This document shows, piece after piece, positions 1 to 12,900 of a DNA stretch of 64,000 nucleotides (within the stretch, counting starts at the first letter, position 1; each line of letters opens with the position of its first letter). The translations under genes were made by a program, and so were the position numbers. The stretch comes from Candidatus Wolfebacteria bacterium GW2011_GWE2_44_13. Its GTDB lineage: Bacteria; Patescibacteriota; Minisyncoccia; UBA6257; UBA9933. The notes beneath the pieces were generated by a model. The model was not told the DNA's origin, ran no database searches, and saw only the letters and a program-made list of their open reading frames with translations. The stretch lies in NCBI GenBank assembly GCA_001000675.1, contig LCHW01000001.1, forward strand, positions 488,875 to 552,874, read 5' to 3'.

Positions 1-327
1 AATTCCTCCGAGGTAGATTATCTTCTTTACCCCCATCTTTTTGGCGAATTTTCCTGTTCGACTCGCAAACGCGTGATCCATTGCTTCGAAATCTTTTGCG
101 GCAAGCGAATGCACTAAATACACGAGGACATCAACCCCTTCTAAAAACTCTTCGGTCGCTAAATCATCATATAAATTTATTCGCTTCCATTGCACTCGCT
201 CATGCACTAGGCCGGTTTCTTCTTCTCGCCGATACGACGCAATAACCCGATGCTCTGTGGTAGCTATAAGTTGTGCGATGAGCGCTGATCCCACGCATCC
301 ACGCGCTCCAATGATCCCGATGTTCAT
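1..327 (-). CDS. NAD(P)-dependent epimerase/dehydratase (atypical SDR, YbjT-like), N-terminal part; runs off the window edge
   Basis: Not in the ORF track. Manual translation from ATG 327 gives MNIGIIGARGCVGSALI...VDVLVYLVHS...GVKKIIYLGG, with a Rossmann GxxGxxG plus YLVHS and IIYLGG motifs. Confidence 0.8.
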   Translation of the reverse strand, partial: MNIGIIGARGCVGSALIAQLIATTEHRVIASYRREEETGLVHERVQWKRINLYDDLATEEFLEGVDVLVYLVHSLAAKDFEAMDHAFASRTGKFAKKMGVKKIIYLGGI

Positions 328-332
328 ATATT

Positions 333-1610
333 TTATTCTTCTTCTTTTCGTCCCGCTGTTCGTGCGGCATATTCACCTGCAACATACCCCGTACTCCAAC
401 AGAGTTGTAGGTTGAATCCTCCGGTTGGTGCGTCAATATCAAGCACATCTCCTGCGAGATACAAATTCTTTATAATCTTTGACCCCATGGTTTTTGAATC
501 AACTTCTGCTAAATCGACACCTCCACTCGAAGCAATCGCTTTATCAAATCCAAGTAATCCGATTGGGCTCATACGCAAGTCTTTTAACAATTTAACGAGT
601 TTCAATCTATCCTCACGTGTTATTTCGTGCACTGGCTTATTTGGATTTATTTGCGTCATCTTAATAATCGCCGGGATCAGCTTTCTTGGGAGTAAATCAT
701 CAAGACTATTGCGAAATGCTTTATTTTGGAATTTCTTGAAATCTTTCTGCAATCGCTCGTCAAGCTGTGCAATAGACATCGCTGGCTTAAGGTCGAGCGT
801 TAAGATGACATTATCTGTTTTATTTTTTAACACTTCACCCACACGCTTACTGATATCTAAAATCGCCGGGCCACTCATACCAAAGTGGGTAAACAAAATG
901 TTCCCTGTTCGTGCAGCGTCCTTTTTTCCGTTTACGCGCAGCGTTACCGCTACATTATCCATGCTTAGTCCTTGCGTCAACTTGACCCAGTTATCGCTTA
1001 TTTTTAATGGCACGAGTGCGGGAAATGGATTAAGCACGTGGTGCCCTAGGGCAGTGGCCCATTTTAACCCTTCGCCGGTTGCCCCTGTCTCTGGCCTTGA
1101 GCGCCCCCCTGTTGCAAGTACATATGCACCTGCCTCAACATCTGCTCCTTTCAAAATAAGCTGCGTTAACCGGTCTTCTCGCTTATTAAATCCAGCTGCA
1201 ACCGCCTCTTTAAACACAAACACCTTCCCCTTGCGCATATACTCCTCGAGCGCTTTTAGTACGTCGGCAGCATCATTGGAAACTGGGAATACTCGACTGC
1301 GGTCTTCTACTTTTGTCTTTACTCCGAATCGCTCGAAAAATTCAACTGTTTGTTGTGTCCCAAATGTTGCAAGGGGTGAAAAGAAAAATTTGCCGTTCTT
1401 TCCAAGTTTTTCGACAAACTTTCTTGCATCAGGTTCAGCGTTCGTAAGATTACACCTTCCGCCTCCTGTAATAAGCAGCTTCTTACCGAGCTCAGTATTT
1501 TTTTCAACCAAAATAACTCGTGCTCCGAGCTCTGCTGCGCGTCCCGCTGCCATCATTCCAGCAGGTCCGCCCCCGATAACTGCTACATCATAATAATGTC
1601 TGTTTTTCAT
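333..1610 (-). CDS. HI0933/YhiN (BaiN-like) flavoprotein oxidoreductase
   Basis: GGGPAG, GKKLLITGGGRCNLTN, FTHFGMSGP, GGV, TGGFNLQ motifs. Confidence 0.93.
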   Translation of the reverse strand: MKNRHYYDVAVIGGGPAGMMAAGRAAELGARVILVEKNTELGKKLLITGGGRCNLTNAEPDARKFVEKLGKNGKFFFSPLATFGTQQTVEFFERFGVKTKVEDRSRVFPVSNDAADVLKALEEYMRKGKVFVFKEAVAAGFNKREDRLTQLILKGADVEAGAYVLATGGRSRPETGATGEGLKWATALGHHVLNPFPALVPLKISDNWVKLTQGLSMDNVAVTLRVNGKKDAARTGNILFTHFGMSGPAILDISKRVGEVLKNKTDNVILTLDLKPAMSIAQLDERLQKDFKKFQNKAFRNSLDDLLPRKLIPAIIKMTQINPNKPVHEITREDRLKLVKLLKDLRMSPIGLLGFDKAIASSGGVDLAEVDSKTMGSKIIKNLYLAGDVLDIDAPTGGFNLQLCWSTGYVAGEYAARTAGRKEEE

Positions 1611-1734
1611 AGTTGTATTCTCCTATCCGTGCTTTTAGCGATACCACCCCTGAGCATACCAACATTGAGCATAAAAGCAACTTTTTGTCACATTCTACTA
1701 CGGCAGTATACCATATTTCTTTCGTGGCATCACT

Positions 1735-1760
1735 AAAAACCCTCACGCTGTGAGGGTTTT
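1735..1760 (-). terminator. Intrinsic terminator after the receiver gene
   Basis: aaaaccctcac-gct-gtgagggtttt inverted repeat with A/T tails. Confidence 0.7.
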
Positions 1761-1768
1761 CTCTATTT

Positions 1769-2152
1769 TTATTTATATTGCTGCGGATTGATCAAGAAAT
1801 CCTTAACTTTCTCCACAACCTCTTTAATTGGATGCTGACTTTTTACGAAGTAATCCTTTGCGCCGAGCGCAATTGCCTGCTTTATATCCTCGTCACCGTC
1901 TAGGTTCGAAAGTACAATAACAGGAAGGTTTTCAAGGTCATGATCCGCCTTAATATCTCGCAAAACGTCTATTCCATCACGTTTTGGAAGCATTAAGTCA
2001 AGTAGAACAAGATCCGGCTTCATTTTTTGAATGATTGGGAGTGCTACTTTTCCATCCATTGCGAGCTCTACCTGGAACTCTTCGGTTTCAAATTTTTCTT
2101 TAAGCACTCTTGCTAGAGCCTCCTCGTCTTCGACGATAACAATTTTATGCAT
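1769..2152 (-). CDS. Single-domain response regulator (receiver)
   Basis: IVEDE, PDLVLLDLMLP, VIVLSN, YFVK. Confidence 0.92.
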   Translation of the reverse strand: MHKIVIVEDEEALARVLKEKFETEEFQVELAMDGKVALPIIQKMKPDLVLLDLMLPKRDGIDVLRDIKADHDLENLPVIVLSNLDGDEDIKQAIALGAKDYFVKSQHPIKEVVEKVKDFLINPQQYK

Positions 2153-2204
2153 AATTTCAGTATAATCTACCTTTCCTTATTTGTTAAGTATACAGGATAT
2201 CTCC

Positions 2205-3932
2205 TTATTTGTTAATATCCCCGATATCCTCAACGATGTATTTACGAGCTCGGTCAAGATTCGTGCTTATTTTCTTTGCCAAGTACTGGATTTCAGAAAC
2301 TTCCGTTTCGTCGATCTTATCATCTGCATATTTTGCTAAAATACCATCTACATCTTTTTTAATAGTTGCGATTGCATTAGCGATATCTCGTTGTGCGATG
2401 ATTACCTTGCGCGCCTGCTGTGCTTCTTTTAATCGCACGTAGAGCCATGCCGCTCCAAAGCCTCCTAATAATATCACAATCAGTAACGTAAAGAACCAGA
2501 ACTGGGTTATCTCAAGCGATCCTAAAATTAACACAGGGCGCTGTTTCACGGTAACTACCTCAGATGTTACTGGCAAGCTTAATGCGCCCCGTGCATCTTT
2601 TGCAATAACTTCAACGATATATTTCCCTGTCTTAAGCGGCTTATCCATTGATACGGCCCAGCTTCCATGATCATCTGCATGCGTATCAACTAATTGCTCT
2701 ACCTGCCCCCCCTCTGTTCGAACGGAAACACTTATCCCGACATCGGGAATCGCGAACCCAAGGACTTCTAGGTTCCCTTCTCCAACAAAAATATTTCTTG
2801 TTATTGAGGTGATCTTCGGTGCTTCTATCGGTAAAATCTCAAGTGAAAGAATGCTCTCAACGCTATTACCCGCTCGGTCTATTGCTCCAACCTTAACCGT
2901 GTAGAGCCCTGGTTTATGTAAATCAAGTTTATACGGAGATTCTGTGACGTCCTTTACTTCTCCGTTATTTTCTTGAATATAGTATCCTTTTAATCCTGAC
3001 AGTCCGTCACTTGCTGCAAATTCAATCGTAGGATCTGGATGATCAGTTACACCTCCTTCGCGAATTTTTGCCTGAAATGCTGGTGGTGGCGTTAAATCGA
3101 TTGCAATACGATAATGGAGTGTTTGACTCCATCCGACATTATTTCGGAAACGGACGTGCAGATACCACACACCCTCTCCAAGCGGTTGGAAAATTTTATT
3201 ATCGAATAATCCTTCCGATTCGGTAGGAATAAATGTTGGATCTTTATTTACTTCGGTTGCGATAGCTGTGATATCGTTAGACAACTGCCATGATGCAGAA
3301 AATCGAGTTGCAAAGTTGTACCACGCTTCTGGGTCGCGATACCCTGCTACTTGTATTTCTGGCTTTGCCGGTACGCGTGCTGCTGGCTCAGCAGGACGCA
3401 CAATCTGTACTGGCTTAGGTGCTATTGTCTCCAGTTCTGTCGATGGAACGCTTGTAATTGACAACCCCCTCATCGAAGAGAGCACGTTCGTTCCACTTCC
3501 GTCACTTGCAGTTACTGCCCCATCGGTAAAGACGATGTCGGTTTTACCGCTCCCCTTCACTTTGTATGTGATCTTAATGATTTGTAATGATCGTCCGGAA
3601 AATCCGCTCGTTGAACCCCCAAGAAAACTCACTTGCCCCGAATCATTCGAAAATGTCGGTTCGGTAAGCCAAAAATTAAATACAGACCCTGTTTTATCAA
3701 CACTCACAATCTCGAGAACATCCTTTGAAATTTGTACGGTTCCTTGTGCGGCATTCACTCCAACTCCTTCACTGTCCGTTAATACACTTACGGTAAACTG
3801 ATCCCCGATTACAAACGTATCTTTTGTTGTGCTCAACTGCAATGTTGCTGCAGATGCAGCCTGTATTGTTGTAAATAGAAATGCTATGCTCGCAACTAAA
3901 AGTGCAAATTTATATTTCATAACTCGATTCAT
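2205..3932 (-). CDS. Membrane-anchored cohesin-domain protein with Ig-like domains
   Basis: Signal peptide; cohesin-like N-domain (GDQFTVSV...VNAAQGTV...SVFNFW...G.VTASDGSGT); DLTPP and D.LSG Ig-like domains; C-terminal TM helix and coiled cytoplasmic tail. Confidence 0.72.
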   Translation of the reverse strand: MNRVMKYKFALLVASIAFLFTTIQAASAATLQLSTTKDTFVIGDQFTVSVLTDSEGVGVNAAQGTVQISKDVLEIVSVDKTGSVFNFWLTEPTFSNDSGQVSFLGGSTSGFSGRSLQIIKITYKVKGSGKTDIVFTDGAVTASDGSGTNVLSSMRGLSITSVPSTELETIAPKPVQIVRPAEPAARVPAKPEIQVAGYRDPEAWYNFATRFSASWQLSNDITAIATEVNKDPTFIPTESEGLFDNKIFQPLGEGVWYLHVRFRNNVGWSQTLHYRIAIDLTPPPAFQAKIREGGVTDHPDPTIEFAASDGLSGLKGYYIQENNGEVKDVTESPYKLDLHKPGLYTVKVGAIDRAGNSVESILSLEILPIEAPKITSITRNIFVGEGNLEVLGFAIPDVGISVSVRTEGGQVEQLVDTHADDHGSWAVSMDKPLKTGKYIVEVIAKDARGALSLPVTSEVVTVKQRPVLILGSLEITQFWFFTLLIVILLGGFGAAWLYVRLKEAQQARKVIIAQRDIANAIATIKKDVDGILAKYADDKIDETEVSEIQYLAKKISTNLDRARKYIVEDIGDINK

Positions 3933-3979
3933 ATTAATGATCTTTTATTATAGTATACCATATGCGTCACTTCTCTGCA

Positions 3980-6900
3980 TTATCTATTTACTACCGATCG
4001 AATAAAGACACTGAAGTCTGAGATGTCTACCTTTCCATCATTATTAAGATCAACCTGTTTTCGTGCTTCAGTATCAGTTGATGCGAATCGCGTTAGGAAA
4101 ATACTCCAATCACCAATATCAATGCCACCATTATTGTTAAGGTCTGCTTGTGTTACGAGTGCACGCGACACCATAAATACTTTTGATGGAGACCAGTCGC
4201 TTTCGATACCATCCTTATCCACTTGCTTCATGCGGATAATGTGACCACCGTATGCAAGACCGTTTGTGTTTACTAGTAATCGATACGTCCCATCATTGCC
4301 CACTTGTGCTTGCGCGGCAACTGGTTGCCCATCGACTTCTGCTCGAATCACGCTTCCTGGCGCGGCAGAACCAGCAATACCTGCGTTATTACCAATAGCT
4401 ACTGTTCGTTGTATTAAGCCTGCCGTTGGCGCAATATACAGGTTCTTCTGCTCGGTTGCCCTTGTTATCTTATCCATCGTATACGTCTTTATCTGCGCAA
4501 CGTTTCCGTCCTTGTCAAGAATTGCCAGCCCGAACGATTCCAGTCCGCGCAATGCTCCTGAGAAGTCAATCGTGAACGTGCCGTCTGCCCGCACCTCTAT
4601 ATTACGTTCCAATGGGATATCTTGGCCACCGATACGAGCAAAGAGTGAAACGCTTGCGCCAGGGTATGCTCTCCCGCTAAAGGTTACTGTCGGGGCGACA
4701 TATACACTACCGCCACCACCACCACCCCCAACCGCTACTTGTCGCACAAAGAACATAACATCCTGTGTCGAGGTTATCGCAAGCGTTGAGGTTGATCCAG
4801 TTAAGCGCTCTAATGACAATTGCACCGTCTCGGCAACGCTGTCAGAAATCGTTACAGTTCCAATACCATCTACTACACTCACAAGCGCACGCCCATCTAG
4901 CTTCATTGGCGACGAAGTAATTGATGATGTACTAAACGCGAGGTATACATCTTCTTGCACCGTCGTATCCAAACCACCATCAGCGTCCTGCGCCTGAATA
5001 ATCACAACTATATTTTCATTCAATCCTGCGTCTGGTGGATCAAGTATAATATACCGGTCTGCCACAACTGGTGCTGCGGTTACTATGAGTGAATCCGATG
5101 CATCAGCAATTCCCGTCGCTCCGTCAGCCGTCGTTGCATTATCTGATGCGGTAATGTCCCATGTACCTGCGTCTTCGTCATAGTACCAGAACGTAGTTGA
5201 GGCAAATCCATTCGCAAGCGTTACAAATGAAATAGAGCTCGTGCCTGTTTCGGTTGCTTGGAATCGTGCGCTTGCACCCGTTGAATTACTGTAGAGATAT
5301 ACAAGGTTACTTCCTGATGTTACGGTATTACCATACTGATCTTTTCTGGTTACCGTATATGGTGTGCTCGTTCCTGCGACGATACTTGCCTGATCAGTGA
5401 TAGTAAATTGAGTCACCGCTCCCGCAGTCCATACAAGCGAAGCCGTATCCGTCACCACCAACCCCGTTCCTTGTGAGTCGGACAGTGCCATATTAACCGT
5501 TTCCGCTACTGTGTCCGTTAATGTGATCGTTCCTTCACCATTTACGATATCAATTAGCGCCTGGCCGTTGGTTAGTCCAGTACCACTCACTGACGTCACT
5601 CCCGTGACCAGTGTTATATCATTTTGATAATTTGTATCAATGTTGCCAAAGTCATCCTGTACTTGAATTGTTACTAATGAAGAATTCCCCGCTGTGATTG
5701 TTAGCGGATCAGGATCCGGATTAAATACAAATCGCGTACCCGTTGCCGTTTGCACCGATAGTACATCGGATGCATCGAGAACCCCTACAGCGCCATCGGG
5801 CGCTGTAGCGTTATCCGATGCAGTAATCGTATGTGCTCCACTCGTCTCTTCGTAGTACCATGCATTCTGTGATGACTGCCCACTGCCAATTGCCACACTC
5901 GTCACTACGTTGCCATTGGTTGCGGCATCGTAGAATGACGTTCCTACTCCAGCGGGATCGGCATACAAATATGCCGTCGTATCGCCCGTAGTTACTAAAT
6001 TATTAAATTGATCCTTACGCACTACGGTGTATTGCACACGGCTCGCTGGATTCATACTAGTACGATCGTTGATCGTAAACTTTGCGATTGCCGCTGCGTT
6101 AATGACAATATCGTCATACCCAATTACAGCTCCTGTTTGCGCAGTTACCTGATATGAATCAGCAACTTCGTTGTAGTACCAGAATTGGCCCACGGCATTC
6201 CCCGAGTCAATCGCGACTGACGTAATTACCGAACTTGAAGTTGCGTTACTACTGTAAAATGTCCCTGGGGTCGTTGTCGGGGTCGCCGAAAGATTAACAG
6301 TTATTGAACCGCTGGTTATTTGGTTGTCATATTGATCGGTTCGCGTAACCGTGTATGCAACCAGATCTCCAGCCGTCGCATTGACCACGTTGTTCAGATT
6401 TAACTTTGCAAATGCACCTACTGCAAATACTACATTCTGTGTCGATGTTGCTACTAAGCCTGTGCTTTGCGTGTCTGATAAGGTAAGCGTGACTGTTTCC
6501 GCAACGGTATCACTTACTTGTGTCGTGCCAACGCCGTTTTCAAGATCTACAAGTACTGGATTTGCCACTGCACTGCCTGTTACCAATAGCGTTACGTCTT
6601 CAGTGAAACTCGGGACTACTTGCCCAAATTCATCTAGCGCACGTACTGTCACCGTAATTGGCGCATCTACGGTACCATCAGTCGGATCAACAATTTCAAA
6701 TCGTACTGCGATTGGTGTTACCAGGATTTCGTTTACTGCATCGTTTATATTTGTATCTCCATCTGGCGTAGTCGCATTATCAGACACCGTTACGGTCGTT
6801 GTTGCTGGCGTGTTGCTGTAAAGCCAGAAGCTGGTCGTTGCATTGCCCGGTGTTAATGTGATCGCAGTTATTTCATTTCCACCTGCATCAGCGTCATAAA

Positions 6901-9900
6901 ACTTTGCCGTGCTTGTCGGGCTCGCATAGAGATACGCTTGTGTTGTGCTTGCGCTTACAAAATTTCCGTACTGATCCTTTCTTCCCGCGACAAATTCCTT
7001 GCGCGTGTTCTGTTCCATGTCACCACTATGTGTCAATGAGAATTGTGTAACCTCACCTGGAGCAAAGACCACATCTTGCGTTGAAGATGCAACGTTCAGC
7101 CCCGTGCCTTGAGAATCTGCAAGTGAGAGGAATACCGTCTCGGCTACTGTATTTGAAATAGTCGTCGTTCCCGAACCATTAACAATACCTACTAAGGTGC
7201 TTGTTGCATTTACTAATCCACCCGTGCTCGATGCAATGAGCGTAACATCGTTTTGATAGTCGGTTATCAGGCGACCTAAGTTATCCTGTGCCTGCACAAC
7301 AACGGTAATTGGCGCATCTACTGTGCCATCAGTTGGATCAATAATTACAAAGCGGGTTGCTACTGCATTTACTGTAAGCGTGCTTGTTGCGTCGTTAATT
7401 CCCGTATCGCCATCAGGTGCTGCCCCGTTATCTGAGGCTGTGATTGTATAGACACCTGGGTCTTCATCATAATACCAAGCCATCGTCGTGCTCGCTCCCG
7501 ATCCAATAATTGCAGAGGTTATTGTATTTCCATTTGTCGCGGCGTCATAAAATACTGCCGATGATGAAGTCGATGTTGTGTAGAAATATACCGTGGTATC
7601 TGGCCCACTGGTCACTGGATTACCGTACTGATCCTTTCGCGTCGTTGTAAATTCTGCGCGATCTCCTACATTAAGCGTTGCCGGCCCCGCAAGCGTGAAT
7701 TGCGTTATTGCACCGTGGCCAAATGTTGCCGACGTTGTCGCAGTCACATCAAGGCCTGTGCTTTGTGTGTCTGCTAATGTAAGGGTGACTATTTCCGCAA
7801 CGGTATTCGATATCGTCGTCGTTCCTACTCCGTTGATGATGTTAATTAATACACTTTCTGGCAATGCCGATCCGCTCACGTTGAGCGTTACGTCGTTTTG
7901 ATAATTTGTTACCACGGTTCCGTTCTCTCGCTGTGCCTGTATCGTTATTGTAATTGGCGCATCAACAGTTCCGCTATATGGATGCCCATTAAATACAAAC
8001 TTTGCTGCTCCACGCGTGATGATAAATGAAGATGTCGCCGTACCTCCTCCTGGAACTGGGTTGATAACCGCAACGGTCGAAGTTCCAAATGCGGTTACTA
8101 GTGATGCCGGGATCGTGGTATTAATAGTAGTCGATGACTGCGTATCTATTGTTAGGGGTGTTCCATCAAACGTAACGGTTGCATCGCTTGCAAATCGACT
8201 CCCGCTAATCGTCAATGAAGTCGTAGCACTTCCCTCCTCAATAGTATTTGGAGAAAGCAGTGTAATTATAGGAGTAGGATTATTTACCACCTGTGAAACT
8301 GTGGCGGAGGTACTTGCGTTGAAGTTGGCGTCACCGTTATATACGGCAGTGATTGAGTGTGCGCCAACAGCTAATGCATCGGTTGCAAATGTCGCAATGC
8401 CACCTGTTAAGGTGCTTGTTGCTAAGTTTGTAACTCCATCTTTAAACGTCACTGTTCCGCTTGGTGTTCCAACTCCGCTCGTCGTGGTGGCGGTGAAGGT
8501 TACTAAATCGCCGTACGTGGACGGATTTAATGATGAGTCAAGTGTGATTGTAATATTTGCTTTGTTAACCGTTTGCAAAACCGCAGCCGATGTACTGGCG
8601 TTGAAGTTGGTATCTCCGTTGTATGTTGCAGTTATGGAATGTGTTGCTATAGAAAGCGTGCTTGTTGCGAGTGTCGCTACTCCATCAGTCAGTGTGCTCG
8701 TTGCAAATGCAACACCCCCGTTTTTAAACGTGACCGTTCCGCTTGGCGTACCTACGCCACTTGTTGTCATGGCGGTGAACGTAACTAAATCGCCGTAGGT
8801 AGATGGGTTCAGCGATGACGCCAACGTAATTGTAATGTTCGCTTTATTTACTGTCTGCAAGACTGCAGCAGAAGTGCTGGCGTTGAAATTGGTGTCTCCG
8901 TTATATACGGCCGTGATTGAGTGCACTCCCACCGCTAACGAAGAGGTTGCAAACGTCGCCACTCCGCCAGCTATTGTACTGGTTGCAAGCGGTGTTGCGC
9001 CGTTGAAGAATGTGACATCGCCCGTTGGAGTTCCCGAGAGTGCTGTTGTTGTTGCAGTGAAGGTTACTAAGTCACCATACGCAGATGGATTTAAAGATGA
9101 GCCTAATGTGATTGTGACCGACTTCTTGTTTACTACCTGTGAAACCGCGGCTGAGGTACTGGCGTTGAAGTTAGCGTCACCGTTATATACAGCAGTAATG
9201 GAGTGAGTTCCTACTAGTAATACATCTGTTGCAAACGTCGCAACTCCCCCAGTTAACGTGCTGGTTGCGAGTGGCGTTGTTTCATTAAAGAATGTCACTG
9301 TCCCGGATGGCGTGTCTACTCCACTCGTTGTCGTCGCAGTAAATGTTACGGAATCGCCGTACGTGGACGGGTTCAACGATGAACCCATTATAATCGTAAT
9401 GTTCGCTTTGTTTACTACCTGTGAAACCGCGGCTGACGTACTGGCGTTGAAGTTGGTGTCGCCATTATATGTTGCGGTGATGGAGTGAGTGGTCGCTGAT
9501 AATGTACTGGTTACAAAGGTTGCAACTCCCCCAGTCATTGTACTGGTTGCGAGCGGTGTTGCACCGTTGAAAAATGTGACGGTTCCGCTTGGTGTCCCTG
9601 AAAGTGCTGTTGTCGTTGCGGTGAACGTGACTGAATCGCTATAGGTAGATGGATTTAATGAAGAGCCGAGCGTGATTGTAATATCCATCTTATTCACCAC
9701 CTGTACTACTGCAGCAGACGTGCTTGCATTGAAATTGGTATCACCGTTGTATACTGCGGTGATTGAGTGTGCGCCGACAGTCAATGCACTTGTTGCAAAC
9801 GTTGCAACGCCACCAGTTAGCGTACTTGTTGCTAAGTTTGTAACTCCATCTTTAAACGTTACTGTTCCGCTTGGCGTTCCTGCTCCGCTTGTAGTCGTAG

Positions 9901-12900
9901 CGGTAAACGTGACCAAGTCGCCGTAGGTGGACGGATTTAGTGATGAATCGAGCGTGATTGTAATATCTGCTTTGTTAACCGTCTGCAAAACCGCAGCCGA
10001 AGTGCTTGCATTGAACATATCGTCGCCGTTGTATGTAGCGGTAATGGAATGCGCACCAACAGTGAGTGTACTCGTTGCAACGGTAGCAACACCTCCGGTC
10101 AATGTGCTCGTTGCAAATGCAACGCCACCGTTTTTAAAGGTAACTGTTCCCGATGGTGTACCCAATCCGCTTGTGGTCGTTGCGGTGAATGTTACTAAGT
10201 CACCGTATGTCGACGGGTTTAGCGATGAAGCTAACGTGATTGTAATATTCGCCTTGTTTACTGTCTGTGAAACTGCAGCGGAGGTACTGGCGTTGAAGTT
10301 AGTGTCGCCGTTGTATGTAGCGGTGATGGAGTGTGCTCCGACAGCCAATGAAGATGTTGCGAGTGTCGCTACTCCTCCTGAAAGTGTTCCATCTCCCAAT
10401 GACACTACGCCATCAAAGAATGTTACTGTTCCACTTGGCGTTCCAAATAGTGCGGTCGTGGTTGCGGTAAAGGTTACTGAATCACCATATGTGGATGGAT
10501 TTAGTGAAGAGCCTAATGTGATCGTTATATTTGCCTTGTTTACCGTCTGCGCAACTGCAGCGGAAGTGCTAGCGTTGAAGTTGGCGTCTCCGTTGTATAC
10601 AGCCGTTATTGAATGCACTCCAACAGTCAACGAAGAGGTTGCAAGTGTCGCAACGCCACCGGTTAACGTGCTTGTCGCAAGCGGAGTTGCACCGTTGAAG
10701 AATGTTACCGTTCCGGATGGTGTGCCAACACTACTTGTCGTGGTTGCGGTGAAGGTAACGGCGTCTCCGTAGGTAGATGGATTTAGTGATGAGTCGAGCG
10801 TGATTGTAATATCTGCTTTGTTGACCGTCTGCGCTACTGCAGCTGAGGTACTGACATTGAAGTTGGTATCACCGTTGTATGTTGCGGTGATCGAGTGTGC
10901 GCCGACAGTGAGGGTACTCGTTGCAACTATAGCTACTCCGCCAGTTAACGTGCTCGTTGCAAATGCAACGCCACCGTTTTTAAACGTCACCGTTCCGGAG
11001 GGGGTTCCTGCTGTCGCAGTGGTTGTTGCAGTAAACGTAACTGAATCGCCGTACGTTGATGGATTCAATGACGACGCCAACGTAATTGTAATATTTGCTT
11101 TGTTGACTGTCTGTGAAACTGCAGCGGAGGTACTTGCATTGAATGTAGCGTCACCGTTGTATGTTGCGGTGATCGAGTGTGCGCCGACAGTTAACGCATC
11201 GGTTAAGAACGTTGCTACTCCAGAAGATAGCGTGCTTGTTGCAAGGGGCGTTGCGCCGTTGAAAAATGTGACGGTTCCTGATGGCGTACCTACGCCACTT
11301 GTAGTAGTAGCGATGAAGGTTACGGAATCGCCGTAGGTGGACGGGTTAAGCGAAGACCCTAATGTAATAGTTATATTTGCTTTGTTGACTGTCTGTGAAA
11401 CTGCAGCGGAGGTACTTGCATTGAAATTTGTATCGCCGTTGTATACTGCGATGATTGAGTGTGCGCCTATGGTAAGCACACTTGTTGCAAACGTTGCAAC
11501 GCCACCCGTTAAGGTACTTGTTGCGAGCGGTGTTGCACCATCGAAGAATGTTGCTGTGCCAGTCGGCGTACTAACGGAGCTTGTCGTGGTAGCGGTAAAC
11601 GTCACCAGATTTCCATACGTAGAAGGGTTCAACGATGAGCCCAGTGTAATTGTAATGTTTGCCTTGTTAACCGTCTGCGATACTGCGGCTGAAGTGCTGG
11701 CGTTAAAGTTAGTGTCGCCGTTGTATACAGCCGTTATTGAATGGGTCGCAACATTTAACGACGATGTTGCAAGTGTCGCAACGCCACCCGTTAAGGTACT
11801 TGTTGCGAGCGGTGTTGCACCATCGAAGAATGTAACTGTTCCCGATGGGGTTCCTGCTGTCGCAGTGGTTGTTGCAGTAAACGTAACTGAATCGCCGTAC
11901 GTTGATGGATTCAATGACGACGCCAACGTAATTGTAATATTCGCTTTGTTGACTGTTTGTGAAACTGTAGCTGAGGTGCTGGCGTTGAAATTAGTGTCAC
12001 CGTTATATACGGCGGTAATTGAGTGTGCACCAACAGTCAATGCACTTACTGCAAACGTTGCAACGCCACCAGTTAGCGTACTTGTTGCTAAGTTTGTAAC
12101 CCCATCTTTAAACGTTACTGTTCCGCTTGGCGTTCCTGCTCCACTTGTAGTCGTCGCTGTAAACGTGACCAAGTCGCCGTAGGTGGACGGGTTAAGCGAA
12201 GACCCTAATGTAATAGTAATATTCGCTTTGTTGACTGTCTGTGATACCGCAGCGGAAGTGCTTGCATTGAATGTAGCGTCGCCGTTGTATGTAGCGGTAA
12301 TGGAATGCGCACCAACAGTGAGTGTACTCGTTGCAACGGTAGCTACTCCATCAGTCAGCGTGCTTGTTGCAAATGCAACACCCCCGTTTTTAAACGTGAC
12401 CGTTCCGCTTGGCGTGCCTACGCCACTTGTTGTCGTGGCGGTGAACGTAACTAAATCGCCGTAGGTAGATGGATTTAGCGATGAGTCAAGCGTAATCGTA
12501 ATGTTCGCTTTGTTGACTGTTTGCAAGACTGTAGCTGAGGTGCTGGCGTTGAAATTAGTGTCACCGTTATATACGGCCGTAATGGAATGCGTTGCTATCG
12601 AAAGCGTGCTCGTTGCTAATGTCGCAACACCACCAGTCAATGTACTTGTTGCGAGCGGCGTTGCGCCGTTGAAAAATGTGACTGTGCCAGTGGGGGTGCT
12701 TACGCTGCTTGTTGTTGTGGCGGTGAAGGTTACTGAGTCTCCATACGTAGACGGATTAAGCGAAGATCCTAATGTAATAGTTATATTTGCCTTGTTTACC
12801 GTAAAGGTTTGTGCATTGCTCACGCCTCCCCCTGGTGTTGGATTGAATACGGTAATTTGTGCCGTAGTAGTCGGCGCTGTCATATCGCTTGCTGGAATCG

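Noticed and set aside
412-1593. 393-aa plus-strand ORF
   Set aside because: Antisense shadow of the HI0933 flavoprotein gene.
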